Positions 15,784 to 28,658 of a stretch of DNA of 64,000 nt are shown in pieces. The notes under the pieces are model-generated. The model was not told the DNA's origin. It made no database searches and saw only the letters and a list, made by a program, of their open reading frames with translations. The position numbers were made by a program, and so were the translations under genes. Origin of the DNA: Eledone cirrhosa (lineage: Eukaryota). The stretch is from NCBI GenBank assembly GCA_964016885.1, contig OZ024754.1:34596001-34660000 (forward strand), written 5' to 3'. Position 1 is the first letter of the stretch; each line of letters begins with the position of its first letter.

Positions 15784-16280
15784 ATATGTATGTATGTATG
15801 TATATATATATGTATGTATGTATGTATGTATATATATATGTATGTATGTATGTATGTATATATATATGTATGTATGTATATATATATATGTATGTATGTA
15901 TGTATGTATATATATATATGTATGTATGTATGTATGTATATATATATATGTATATGTATATATGTATGTATATATATATATGTATGTATGTATGTATGTA
16001 TATATATATATGTATATGTATATATGTATGTATGTATGTATATATATATATGTATATGTATATATGTATGTATGTATGTATATATATATATGTATGTATG
16101 TATATATATATATGTATATATGTATGTATGTATATATATATATGTATATATGTATGTATGTATATATATATGTATATATGTATGTATGTATATATATGTA
16201 TGTATGTATATATATATATGTATATATGTATGTATGTATATATATATATGTATATATGTATGTATGTATATATATATATG

Positions 16281-16314
<34 letters not shown>

Positions 16315-16410
16315 TGTATGTATGTATATATATATATATGTATGTATGTATATATATATATGTATATATGTATGTATGTATATATATATATGTATATATG
16401 TATGTATGTA

Positions 16411-16444
<34 letters not shown>

Positions 16445-16598
16445 TGTATATATATATGTATATATGTATGTATGTATATATATATGTATATATGTATGTA
16501 TGTATATATGTATGTATATATCTATGTATGTATATATCTATGTATATCTATGTATGTATATATCTATGTATATCTATATGTATGTATATATATATACT

Positions 16599-16630
<32 letters not shown>

Positions 16631-17457
16631 AGTATATATGTATCCATATATAAGTATATATATATGTATGTATGTATATATGTGTATATAAGTATATGTA
16701 TGTATACATAAGTATATGTATGTATATATAAGTATATGTATATATATATATGTATATATATAAGTATATGTATATATATATATGTATATATAAGTATATG
16801 TATATATATATGTATATATAAGTATATGTATATATATATATATGTATGTATGTATATATGTATGTATGTATAAGTATATGTATATATATATATATGTATG
16901 TATGTATATATGTATGTATGTATAAGTATATGTATGTATATATATATATATGTATGTATATATAAGTATATATATATATATGTATGTATATGTATGTGTA
17001 TATATATATATGTATGTATATATATATATATATGTAGATATGTATATATATGTATGTATATATATATGTAGATATGTATATATATATATATGTAGATATG
17101 TATATATATGTATGTATATATATATGTAGATATGTAGATATGTATGTATGTATATATATATGTAGATATGTATATATATATATGTAGATATGTATGTATA
17201 TATATATGTAGATATGTATGTATTTATATATGTAGATATGTATGTATATGTATATATATATGTAGATATGTATGTATATATATATGTAGATATGTATGTA
17301 TATATATATATGTAGATATGTATGTATATATATATGTAGATATGTATGTATATATATATGTAGATATGTATGTATGTATATATATATATGTAGATATGTA
17401 TGTATGTATATATATATATATGTAGATATAGATATGTATGTATATATATATGTATGT

Positions 17458-17498
<41 letters not shown>

Positions 17499-17748
17499 TG
17501 TAGATATGTGTGTATGTATGTGTACATATGCATATATATATATGTAGATATGTGTGTATATATATATGTAGACGTGTGCGTATGTATATATATATATGTA
17601 TATATATGTATGTATATATATATATATGTGTTAATAAGTATATATATATGTATATATATATATATATATGTGTATATATATATATTATATATATATATGT
17701 GTATATATATATATATATATATTGTATATATATATATGCGTATATGTG

Positions 17749-17797
<49 letters not shown>

Positions 17798-18150
17798 ATA
17801 TATTTGTGTGTATATATGTATATGAATGCATATATGTATTTGTATATATTTATGTTGGTACATATGTGTGTATATATATATATGTGTATATATTTATGCG
17901 TGTATATATGTATATATATGTATTTGTATATGTATATATATGTATGTGTGTATATGATTATTTATATATATATGTATAAATGCAAGTGTACTTTGTGCAA
18001 TCAAAGGCTCTCTGTAATATCAGTAGTAATTGAGGAAATGTGTGAAATAATTGCTTTTCTTTTCTATCACTTCCTCCACCCTTTTCCTTTCGACTTAAAA
18101 GGTCATGTCTCAGATGTAGACTGAAGGACACACACATACATATATATGTA

Positions 18151-18189
<39 letters not shown>

Positions 18190-18825
18190 TCTACGTTTGG
18201 TTATTTAGAATGAAATTTTAATTAGTGTCATATTCTCCCTTTTCGTTATCACGGAGTTAACCAGATATCCAATGTGGATCAGGCTTCCGAAATAGCATTG
18301 ATTTAAGAAGTGAACATTTTCTGTGATCATCCACAAACACACACTCGTAGGTGTTAAAGATTGTGTTAGTGAGTGTATTTTTGTATTCGATTTATTAAAT
18401 ACCATCACTGGTTTTGTTTCTTGGTATATCGGAAATAGTTGTTGGCTTGCTTGCCAAATAGTTTTTTGTTGCCAGAAATAATAATAATAATAATGATTTC
18501 ACCACTGCATATAGCTAGCTAGTATAGTTGTTCTTTGTTTGTTCTTTCTATCTTTCTCCTTCTTCATATATATATATACTCTCTGATTTACACACAGACA
18601 CAGACACACACACACACAGACACAGACACAGGCACACACAGACACATACACACACAGTTAGTCTGTGGTGTTGAGACTGGGGAGAACACTAATTGCTAGA
18701 GTACTCAATACTCGGGGAGATACAGAGTGGGTATAGATATGTATAATCCTGACTGTGCCACTGCGGTCGAGATTATACTCGCCTTATTTTTCTCTTTCTC
18801 TCTCTCTCTATTGTACATGTATATA

Positions 18826-18860
<35 letters not shown>

Positions 18861-18935
18861 TTGGAAGGAACAAACAGAACAGTTGTATTAGGTTCAGGCT
18901 TGGTGGGCGTGGAGATTTCGATATTTGTGTGTATG

Positions 18936-18975
<40 letters not shown>

Positions 18976-19018
18976 ATGTATATGTGTGTGTGTGTATGTA
19001 TATGTGTGTATGTATGTA

Positions 19019-19050
<32 letters not shown>

Positions 19051-19065
19051 AATATATACACATCG

Positions 19066-19101
<36 letters not shown>

Positions 19102-19180
19102 GGTAGACAGAAATAACAACACAATCGGTACAGTATATGGAAGGAATATATTAGGTTAACGCTTGAAATAGCAGGAGGAG

Positions 19181-19218
19181 GGTCTTAACGTTTCGGACGC
19201 TAGTCCTTCATTAGAAGG
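19181..19218 (-). ncRNA. Degenerate minimal type I hammerhead ribozyme (Penelope-like pLTR relic, about 19100-19330)
   Basis: Minus strand reads ccuu-CUAAUGA-a-GGAC-uagc-GUCC-GAAA-CGUU-aag. The core CUGA is changed to CUAA, stem II is 4 bp and stem III is the palindrome AACGUU. Confidence 0.65.
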
Positions 19219-19618
19219 AAGAATGAGAAATTAGAAAGATTGAAGGGATGGGTGGGGTGGAATTAGAAAAAATGTTTTTAGAGAAAAATAACAGATCCAT
19301 TCATGTTTACATCCATTAAAAAACTGTTAATGTTGGCGTTTTGTGTATGATATATTTTTTTAGATAAGTGGATGATGGAGCGCATCTACCTGAAATGGGG
19401 AAAAAAAACGTTTTATATAAAGAGCTATACTTGTGTGTGTGCGCGCATGTGTGTCTGTGTGTGTGTACAGAGCTGTGAAGGGAAAAGTGGAGTGTGCGTA
19501 CTTTGTTACTCTGTATTAGCCGTAAGAGTATATGTTTCTGACAATAAGAGAGTGATAGGAATCTAGGGCTGAATGTACAACTGCGTGTGTGATAATGGAC
19601 GGGGTATTAAAGAAATTG

Positions 19619-19900
19619 TGGAGGCACGCGGCCTAGTGGTAACAGTGTTGGACTTACGATCATAATGTCATGGGTTCGATTCCTGGGTTGCGTGTTGTGT
19701 TCTTGAGCTAAACACTTCATTTCACGTTGCTCCAGTATACTCAGCTGAAAATGAGTACCAGCAATAGCTGGAGGTTTAACTCTGCGATGGACTGGCGTCC
19801 TGTCCAGGGGGGAGTCTAGTACTCTGCCGCTTCACGCCATGAAACCGGGATAAGCACTGGCCAAATGAGCCTTCTGGCTTAAGACAGACTTTAGACTTAG
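19619..19900 (+). mobile_element. Full-length tRNA-derived SINE with V-domain-like body
   Basis: A box ggcctagtgg, B box ggttcgattcc, body gatggactggcgtcctgtccaggg...gaaaccgggataagc. 13-bp TSD attaaagaaattg at 19606-19618 and 19901-19913. Confidence 0.9.
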
Positions 19901-20069
19901 ATTAAAGAAATTGGGGAGGGGAGTTGTCCATGAAGGAAACAGGACCTAAGGCAGTAAATCAGACTCTGTTCAGTCCTGGTGCGCGAGGCCTGTGATCAGG
20001 ACTGAGACTTGTAGGGAAGAGTGACCAGGGGAACACAAATGTCGGGTGTGTGGGTGTATATATATATGC

Positions 20070-20640
20070 ATTCCAACAAAGCTACACCAAGAGGATTGCC
20101 ACGATGGAGATTAGCTACTGACAGAGGTCAAAGGAGCTAAAATTCTACTCCTAGGAATGAAGGCGGGAGAGGTACTCTGGAGGGACTAGCACCAAACTTT
20201 GGCATTGAGAACTGGACGAAACCCTGAACATGACATCATTGCGTGGTGTGTGTCATTTGCACATTGTCGCCATTTTCATGATGTGTGAATGAAACGATGC
20301 ATTATTGCTCATATCTATACCCAGGTCACATATTGATTTCGACCCGCGGATTTTTATTCCTCCTGGTCTGGTGTAGCTTTGTTGTACTTTGTGAAATTTT
20401 CCAGCAGTAAATTGCATGTTGTTGTCCTCAGCCCATATGTATATGGCATCAGGATCTTGTTGCAAAAGAGTTGCACCAGTCGTACTGTTGTTAAAGCTGT
20501 GTAAGGCAGCTTCTTCCTTGGCGAAAGCCATGCTGAGTGTTAGTTAGGTGGTCATTTTCCTTGAGGAACATGATCAGTTTCTTTCTGATGATTTGTTCCA
20601 TGACCTTGCTGATATGTGAGGTTAGTGAGACTCGCCTGTT
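20070..20640. mobile_element. Degraded CR1-clade LINE RT fragments: 3' part on + (about 20070-20250), upstream part on - (about 20253-20640)
   Basis: Minus strand: SLTSHISKVMEQIIR...QHGFRQGRSCLTQL and WAEDNNMQF. Plus strand: KELKFYS.E.RRERY. Confidence 0.8.
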
Positions 20641-20724
20641 GCTTTTAGCCTCTGCTTTGGAGACATCATTGGATATTTGAAGGAGAGAGCTAAAGCTAAC
20701 ATATCTGTTGCAAATGACTGGATT

Positions 20725-21430
20725 CCTTCGGGCTGCCCAATCATAATTTTTGCGGTTGCTCTGTTTTTTTAAATTCTTTCGAAAGCTTAGTTGAATCTTT
20801 GCTGTATGCATTTTATGGCCAAAAATAAAACCACGGCAAGAGTTGTAAGCCTCATAGTTAGCACTATTAATCCATTTACTATTAATAAGCATGAAATGAA
20901 TCCATTCTCTTTTATGTATTCATCTAGGTTGTTTCTATTTTTAAGGGGATGTGATGTGTATCTGTACATAGGATCTTATCCAAAGTGTGCATTCATATCT
21001 CCACCAACTATTTTAAGATTATGTTTGGGCATGTCTCTAGTTAGGTTTGAAAGGTTATCATAAAATTTGGTGACATCCTTTTTGAGTAAGACATTTGTAT
21101 GATTAATAAGAACGGATTGTGAGATTTAGATTACCATTAAATGTTGTTGCTATAATTCTAGAATGAACTTTTTCAATATAATATAAAGCTTTCATTCTGT
21201 TAGGGCTTAGTAGCATTTCTACACCTCCAATTATGGAATTGGTTGAATCCTCCTTGCTGAAGCTGAAACTAGTTCATCCTTTCCTACATTTTTGATATTT
21301 GAGATGAAGATTTTCATGATGTATGTGGTACTCTTGAATACAGATAATACAGTCAGTATTTTGAGAGGCTGCAAATGATGTGAGTTTAGGGTGATGATGT
21401 AAATTGCTGAGAGTTTAAACATTAAAAGTG
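20725..21430 (-). mobile_element. Degraded APE endonuclease region of an RTE-clade LINE
   Basis: Manual translation gives IGGVEMLLSP...IEKVHSRIIATTFNGN...FYDNLSNLTRDMPKHNLKIVGGDMNAH...LINSKWINS, with stops and frameshifts. Confidence 0.8.
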
Positions 21431-22190
21431 GAAATATTGACTATTTGTTTGCATTTAAGGAGACTGTGTGTGTACTCAGCAACTGCGTTTTCAGACACTG
21501 AGGCTGGAGTTAGCACCTCAGCAGAATGCTCTATTTATTGGTCCGTATGATAAACGATGCAATATGAATTCGAATTGGGAACTTGTCATAATGAATTTTT
21601 CATTAGCTAATTACGCAACGATGCCCCTATAGATATGTCGCATAACCTTTGTGTTCTTTTAGGATTCCTCCACTTATCATCAATGTGAACAGCACTATTG
21701 ACTTGGTTAAGTTCTTCCGCTGCCTCTTCACAATGCATGCTGCAGTCACATGACTTTGCCGTATCCTTGGCATGGTGACTGAACGGGTGCTATGCTGTGC
21801 CAAAAGGCAGCCTGTGTACACACACACACACATGTATTTATTTATATCATCATCATCATCATCATCATCAACGTTTAACGTCCGTGTATATATATATACA
21901 CACTATATTTTTGAGAGTGTCAGCGTGTATGTTGCCAAAGGGCTTTGAAACGGTGTAGCCTAAAGAAATATGGATTTGATTTTTGAAATCTGCTTCTCAA
22001 ATGAGAAGGTTTTGGGGGCACATGGAGTTTTTTAATTCTGAAAAAAGAAAAAGAAAAAAAAATTGAAAGAGAGGCATTCTATAGTGAAAATTGCCTGGCA
22101 ATGATGGGCTACTCTGCTAGTGTATATATATATATATTTACTCTTTTACCTGTTCCAACCATCCGGCTGAGGCCATGCTGGGGCACCGCC

Positions 22191-22248
<58 letters not shown>

Positions 22249-22862
22249 ATGTATATAAATATTTATTTATATATATATATATATATATGTATTGCAAAAG
22301 TAAATGGAAACAATGAAGTTAACAACACAGTGAAATGAAGTATTATATTAGTTTAATCCTTGATATAGTAGGAAAAGAGTCTTTGTTTTGGACAATAGTG
22401 TGTGCGTGTGTCTGTTTGGTAATTCTCCTCAGGAGAGTTGCAACAGGATTTGCTTTCTCATCTCTTAGTTGGTACTTTTTCACATTGTTTGTATAGTAAT
22501 AAACTTCACTATAATTCTATTTTACATTTTCCTCTGAAAGCAAAACTTCACACCTCTGTTGCTTTTTACCCACACTTTTTATTCATGAAAAATAAAGGTA
22601 TCCCTATCTTCTTTGTCTTTATTTTTACCATGAATTTAGTTCCATTATTATTTTTTTTCATTAGTGTTTTTATTATTTGTTGAACATCACAGTTCATTTA
22701 TGGTGAAAGGTAGCTGGTAGGTTTAGTTTTATATGGGTCATCAAACTAATGAAGATATGTTACTTGCTTTTGGTTCCCTTGCAGTGTATATTTTTATCAG
22801 CATATTATATATAGCTTTGAATTCCACTGACATACCTACTGGACTATATATGTTTATATGTG

Positions 22863-22981
<119 letters not shown>

Positions 22982-25869
22982 CCCCCCCCCCGTGTTCAAT
23001 TGGGGGAGGGGGGGGGTAACCACAGTAAGTGAAGTAATCATGTAGAGTATATACAAATGAAACAGTTCCAGTCCTGTAGAAGCCATTTTTATATAAAATT
23101 TTATGTGTATGTATATATATATATGCAGATGAAGTGGAACACTATATTAATTACATATCTTCTTAAAAAATTGTTTGTTTACTGAAAGAAAACAATGTAA
23201 TAACTGTGGATCAGAAGTTTCCATCTAAGACTATGGCTAAAATTTTAATTATGCCTTCTCAATATTTCAATTTCAGTGTCCACCTTGGTCAACTATTTTT
23301 CTTTTTAATCTCTTGTTAATAAAATAGAGTTGATTTAGTCAGCTATCTCCCTTCAACATTATTATGTCAGCAGAAATCATTCAAATTCTGTTTGGACCAC
23401 CTTTACCATTGACATTTTTTCTTCATCAATTCAGGAAAGTCTTTGTATTTGTGAAAAATTGTTGTCATTTGTCTGCACACAAGGAAATGACTGTCAATAG
23501 TGAGTCTTCCTTATCTCCCACTTATCCTTGGCAAAGTTGCATTTATTTCTCACATGGCTTAGTTTGTCTGTTGTTTTTGTTTTGTGTCTGTATGTTTGTC
23601 TCTCTGTGTGTATGTGTGTGAGAAAGAGAGCAAGCAGGTATACTGAATAGACTGCTTTTTTTTTTCTAAATCTTTCTTAAAATATTTTTTTAAAAGTATT
23701 CAATCTCACATTTGTAAACTACTCTGATGAAGTCATTAGCATTTAGCCAATTTTTCTCTTACTTTCCACCTTTCTAGCAAATTAGAAACGTTTATTGTTT
23801 TCTAAATAGTTGACTTACTGGTTGTTTGTTCACACAAGTTCTTTTTGGGAAGATTTTTTTTCTGTGCTATATACTTTGATTTTGTTGGTTATTCCTTTGC
23901 TGTAAGAAACTAAATTTTTTTTTAGAATAATTGACTGTTTTTTAAAGAGGACGGTCAGTGCTCTTCTCTCATTTACCATTTTAGGTCATAGATACAATAA
24001 AGAAAGTCAGTATATCATACAAATGTTTCATGGCTCTGGTAAAACAACTGATGAATGTTACCACCAAAGGATGGTAAAAGAGATTTGCTGAAAGAACCAG
24101 TCCTCCTCATGGGGTTTGTTCTTGCGGATGGCTTTCTCCATCTTGATCGAACCAAGTAGCTTGCAATTCTCAGTATCTGTTCTCTCAGATTAATCAACAA
24201 TGTTACTATAGTCAATGTCTAGTTTGATGCAGTTCTAGTTAGTGAGAACATTATAGTAGGTAGGTATAACACTGACTCTTCAGTAAGGATTAGTGCCGAT
24301 TTTGATATGTAAGATTGTGAAAGGTGACAAAGATGAAGAGAGACTGGTGCATTGAACTGGCTTAGTTGGAATGGCATATAATCTGTAAGTTGAAAGGATA
24401 CTGGACTGTTGTACTAGAGGTAGACTATTCCTTAGCAGCTGTCTTATTTGTTGAGGGTGTGTATATGTAATGTGTATGTCATCTGAGATATGTGTGCGTA
24501 ATTAGCTCTTCCACTGGAGAGTTTATCTACAGTTAGAAAGGGCTACCAGCTGTTTAGTGCTGAAATATTTTTTCTGACCCTGAAAAAAGATATTCAGCCT
24601 TTGTGACAGTTTTCAATATGTGCAGAGCTTACAGGTTAGTAGTTATCAGGATTGGGAACAGTTGCAGGTTTCCTTATCTTGTGTTAAATATTTTCACACA
24701 GATACTCATACTTATGCATACACACACAAGTATGCTCTCACACACTGATGTACATCTGCACATCCATGCATGCATACACAAATCCTTTTTTATGTTCATG
24801 TGTGCATACTCCCACTTACACATATGCACACACTCACAAACATTTACATATTACCAAAAATCTCTGCAGAGTTTTGTCTGATAAAGTCGATTCTGGAATA
24901 ATCGTATGTTGATGGGATGCCTTGAGGTCTGATACTTTTTAACTTATCACACTTGGTGAATGTGTAATGCAATTGGTCTCCAGCGAATTATTTATCCCAT
25001 TTGGTGATTGTGTAGAGCAATTGGTCTTCAGCCTGGAATCATATAAACCTAAAGGGTTCACTAAAATATTCTTGTGAAACAAAGGAGGTTTGTGTAGCAA
25101 TTTTATTTCACATTACTCCAGTCCATTCTACTCAAATTGAGCACCATTTGCAGCTGGGAGTTAGCTTTGTGATAAACTGCCATCCTAGCCAGGAGGCAGT
25201 GTTGTACTCTCTCACTTAATGATGATGAAACTGACCTGCGCAAACATAGAAATGGATATAGCCTTCAAAACTGTTGGAAATTGGTAAAAATCATTACATA
25301 ATGGAATTGTGAAACAAAACTATACTCTAAACGACACTTAAAACATTTTAAATATCAAAATATATTCTCCATTCACGAGAATTTCACAACTACAACATCG
25401 AAACAATGTGTTGATTAGCTGCCTTGGCTTATAAACGGAGTTTGGATTTTTGCCTATTTCTCAGATGGTGGTGGGAGTGGGGTTGTAAACTTAAAAATTT
25501 GTAATTTTAAATTTGATCTCAGAGATTTCTAATTGTAATTTAACTCTTTATGTCCATATTTCTACCAAGAATATATTGCCTTTCTATTTTAATTATTAAA
25601 ATAACTAATAATTATGCGAGGTTTAGTGAAATAACTAACTTTCAACTAAATAAAAAAGACAAATATTAAACTACTGAAATATGATATTATCTGTTATCGA
25701 ATAATTAGATTTGAATTTAAATTTGAACACGTTAATAAAGGTGGCTACCGGTAGATTTTTGTTTAAATGGTTTATTTATTCTGCTCCCACTTCTCTTTAT
25801 GCCCTAACACTTCACCCATGTTCTAACACCTCCACCCTTGACCCAGGCCTTTACCCCCCCTCCTAACCC

Positions 25870-26240
25870 AGCCCTCCAGTCCACACTGTAAAACAGTCAT
25901 TTTGGTATTGTGGCAAAAAGCACACAGCCCACACTCTAAAGTAGTCGTTATTGTGTCACAATAAAAAGCACCCAGTCCACTCTGTAAAGTAGTCGTGTTG
26001 GTATCATGACAAAAAGCACCCAGCCCACACTGTAAATGTAAAGCCAAGCCAGAAACAGATCTGCATGAGCAAGACATGGTCACCTGACTTAACTTACCTT
26101 AAATGGGACAACCCATCTAACCCATACCAAAATGGAAAGTTTGAGCAAGACATGGTCTTCTGACCTGTCTAGTCTCAGAACATGACAATCTGTCCAACCC
26201 CAACACCCATGGAAAATAGATGTAATGCAGTGATGATGGT
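25870..26240 (+). mobile_element. RTE/SINE 3'-tail relic with a ~50-bp internal tandem unit (aaaaagcacccagcccacactgtaaa)
   Basis: The unit occurs 3-4 times. Same motif as 36195-36365 and 56775-56880. Ends in gatgatg. Confidence 0.6.
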
Positions 26241-26559
26241 GATAGTGATTGGATTTTATTAATAAATCCAGTTATTGATTTTTTAAAGTAAATCTTTGAT
26301 TTCTAATCGGTTTCTGTGTATATGTTGTAGAAATCTAGTCTAAAAATCTTTCTACAGAGTCTGATTAATCATTCTTTACCATTTTGTTAAAAAGAAAATG
26401 AAAAATAACATGGGAAATATTTTGTTAGAACAGCTTTTCGCTGATTAGTGTAATAGAATGTGAAGTTTGGTCCTGAGCCAAACTCCACATTCTCTTAGGT
26501 TAACTCATTGTGTAGTGTGTAGTACATGAAACAATTCTTTACTCTCTAACAAGCAGTTC

Positions 26560-26826
26560 AGCTAATTAATTCTTCCATTACGATATTTTTAATGAAAAAC
26601 ACTGCCTATGATTTTTCAAGTTATTTTGAAAATAAGAATTTGGAAGAAGTTAGTTATATAACTATTTTTTTCATTATTAAGCTGGTGTTTGGAACACAAC
26701 TTCACAAAAGTTCTTACATAAAATTATGATGAAAAGTTTTTAGATAGGTATGAATACTAGTAAATAAACAGTTTTGTATTGTAGAATCAGGGGCCATTTC
26801 TGGCAGTTTGGTATGAAAAGGGTTAA
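26560..26826 (-). mobile_element. Copy of an abundant TTAA-type (piggyBac-like) MITE
   Basis: Homologous to 27820-28258 and ends in aaaagggTTAA. Confidence 0.65.
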
Positions 26827-27819
26827 CAACACTGACAATAGGCTATATGTTGTGTTGGGGCTATATTATAGGTCTATTTTAGCAAGCTTTCATAATAGGA
26901 ACATTGCATAACTGGTTATGGTGGGTTTCTGTTAAGGGCTGTTTTGGGGCTGTTATATGTCTTCTTGAGCAAGGTTTCCTAACAGGAATATTATGTAGCT
27001 GATTGTGGTCTGAGCAAGCTTTCAGAGAGCCATTTTCAACAATAACTATCATCAGTTATTTAAATGTCAGAGATGATTTTTTATCAAGATTAAATTTGTT
27101 TCCTAAAAGGCAACTAAAAGGGTTGCTTCAAAAAGTATCGTACAAATCTTTTCATGGGGCCTCTAAGGCTAACTCCTTTAGCTAGGAAACTAGCTTTGAA
27201 ATGTTTGCTGTTGCATGCTGCATTTTTGTCGGTCCCTAACACAGCCACTTTACAGGGTGGACTGGGTACTTTTTGCTATGTCAGCAACATGACCACCTTT
27301 CAGAGTGGTCTGAGTGCTTTTTTGATACATTATTTCATCATAGCTGACTAGAACTACTATAGTTTTGTATGTATCCTGAGTTAAAACAACAGTATTTTGA
27401 AGGTGCCTTAGGAAATGAGGTGAAGTGTTTTGCAATAGAGTTGTGTAATTTTATGGGTGTATTTTTTAAAAAGCATCATGTGTGAAGTGTGTTTCAGAGA
27501 CTGACTGACTGTTTAGGATGAACTAAAGTAACCCAAAATTAGATGTTTGAACAAAGAAATAAAGTAGTATTGACATTTGAAGAAAAAGGATGAGAAATTT
27601 GGTGATTATATAGCATATAAGATAGTGGTGGGTAGTAATGAAGGCAGATAAATAAATGCAAAGGATATTCTTGTATAAGGTAGTTAAGATTGACCTTTTG
27701 TGTAGTGGTGGTAATAGTAGCTGTAGTGGTGGTGGTAATGCAATCCTATGGCAGAAATGGTTGAGTGCCAGCCTAAATACCTATTAACTGTTATCTTGTG
27801 TTTCAGTTTCAAACTCCAC

Positions 27820-28258
27820 TTAACCATTTTGATACCAAACTTCCTGAAATGACGCTTGGTATCTGTGATAGAAAACTTGGCTTTAAAATGTTTATATCTA
27901 TATGTAAGAATCTAAAATATATTCTAAACGTCAGCTTAACCCTTTAGCATTTAAACCGGCCGCATCCGGCCAGAATTATCTCACCTATTTCTGTTCAAAC
28001 CGGCTGTAACCGGCTGCTCACATTGATGTTAAGGTATTGTTCTCAAAATAAATAATATCAAAATCTCATAGATTTGATATTATGTGAGGTAAAGCCATTA
28101 CCGTGAAAATGTAATAGTAAATATAGAGTAATGTAAATGCTAAAGGATTAATAACGAGAAAGTTATATTACTAAATTCCTCCAAATTCTTGATTATTTTT
28201 AAAATTAATTGAAAATACTAAGAATCTTTCATTAGAAATATGTTGACAAAAGGGTTAA
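27820..28258 (+). mobile_element. TTAA-flanked piggyBac-like MITE. Related copies at about 28430-28850, 35955-36163, 39130-39310, 40900-41111, 44270-44495, 48735-48890, 52640-53392, 54920-55105 and 55487-55660
   Basis: TTAA-ccattttg...caaaaggg-TTAA ends and recurrent internal motifs (tatgtaagaa, tcttgattattttcaaaat, tttcattagaaatatg). Confidence 0.75.
27940..28147. mobile_element. Second piggyBac-like MITE nested at a TTAA inside the first; partial copy at about 49545-49700
   Basis: TIRs ccctttagcattta / taaatgctaaagga. TTAA duplicated at 27936-27939 and 28148-28151. Removing it restores the host sequence cagcttaataa. Confidence 0.85.
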
Positions 28259-28459
28259 GTTAAATTTCTCTTTTATTCTTCCATAAAACTAAGCACTAGT
28301 CATATATTAGGGAGATGGATTTATTCATACCGATTTATAAATGTAATTTTTTTTTTATTTGAAGGGTTGTGGATATCCCTTCCCTTACATATCTGCAACC
28401 ATCTGCTGCGCCTTTTCATAACAATATTTCTAATGAAGACTCTGCCTATAATTTTCAAG

Positions 28460-28658
28460 TTCTGTATATACTCGAATATAAGCCAAGGGACATGTTCCCC
28501 CACCTGATGGTAAAATGGGGTGGGTGGGGATCGGCTTATATACACCATCTAAACAATGTGTTGATTAGCTGCCTCTGCTTAGAAATGGTGTTTGCATTTT
28601 GCCCAGTTCTCAGACATAAAACAGGGAGATCGAGTATATATTCAAGTATTATACGGTA
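28460..28658. mobile_element. Internally deleted pogo/Tc1-type MITE (TIR ~CCGTATATACTCGAATATAAG, TA target)
   Basis: tgtatatactcgaatataag ... tatattcaagtattatacggta. Internal homology to 41550-42093, 52808-53343 and 25260-25470. Confidence 0.65.

Noticed and set aside
19619-19695. tRNA genes (also at 33.6, 47.2 and 56.6 kb)
   Set aside because: These are tRNA-like heads that continue into SINE bodies, most with TSDs. No intact cloverleaf.
23724-23760. Other CTGATGA occurrences (about 23.7, 24.0, 32.6, 51.9 and 54.2 kb) as hammerheads
   Set aside because: None is followed by a stem II and GAAA core.
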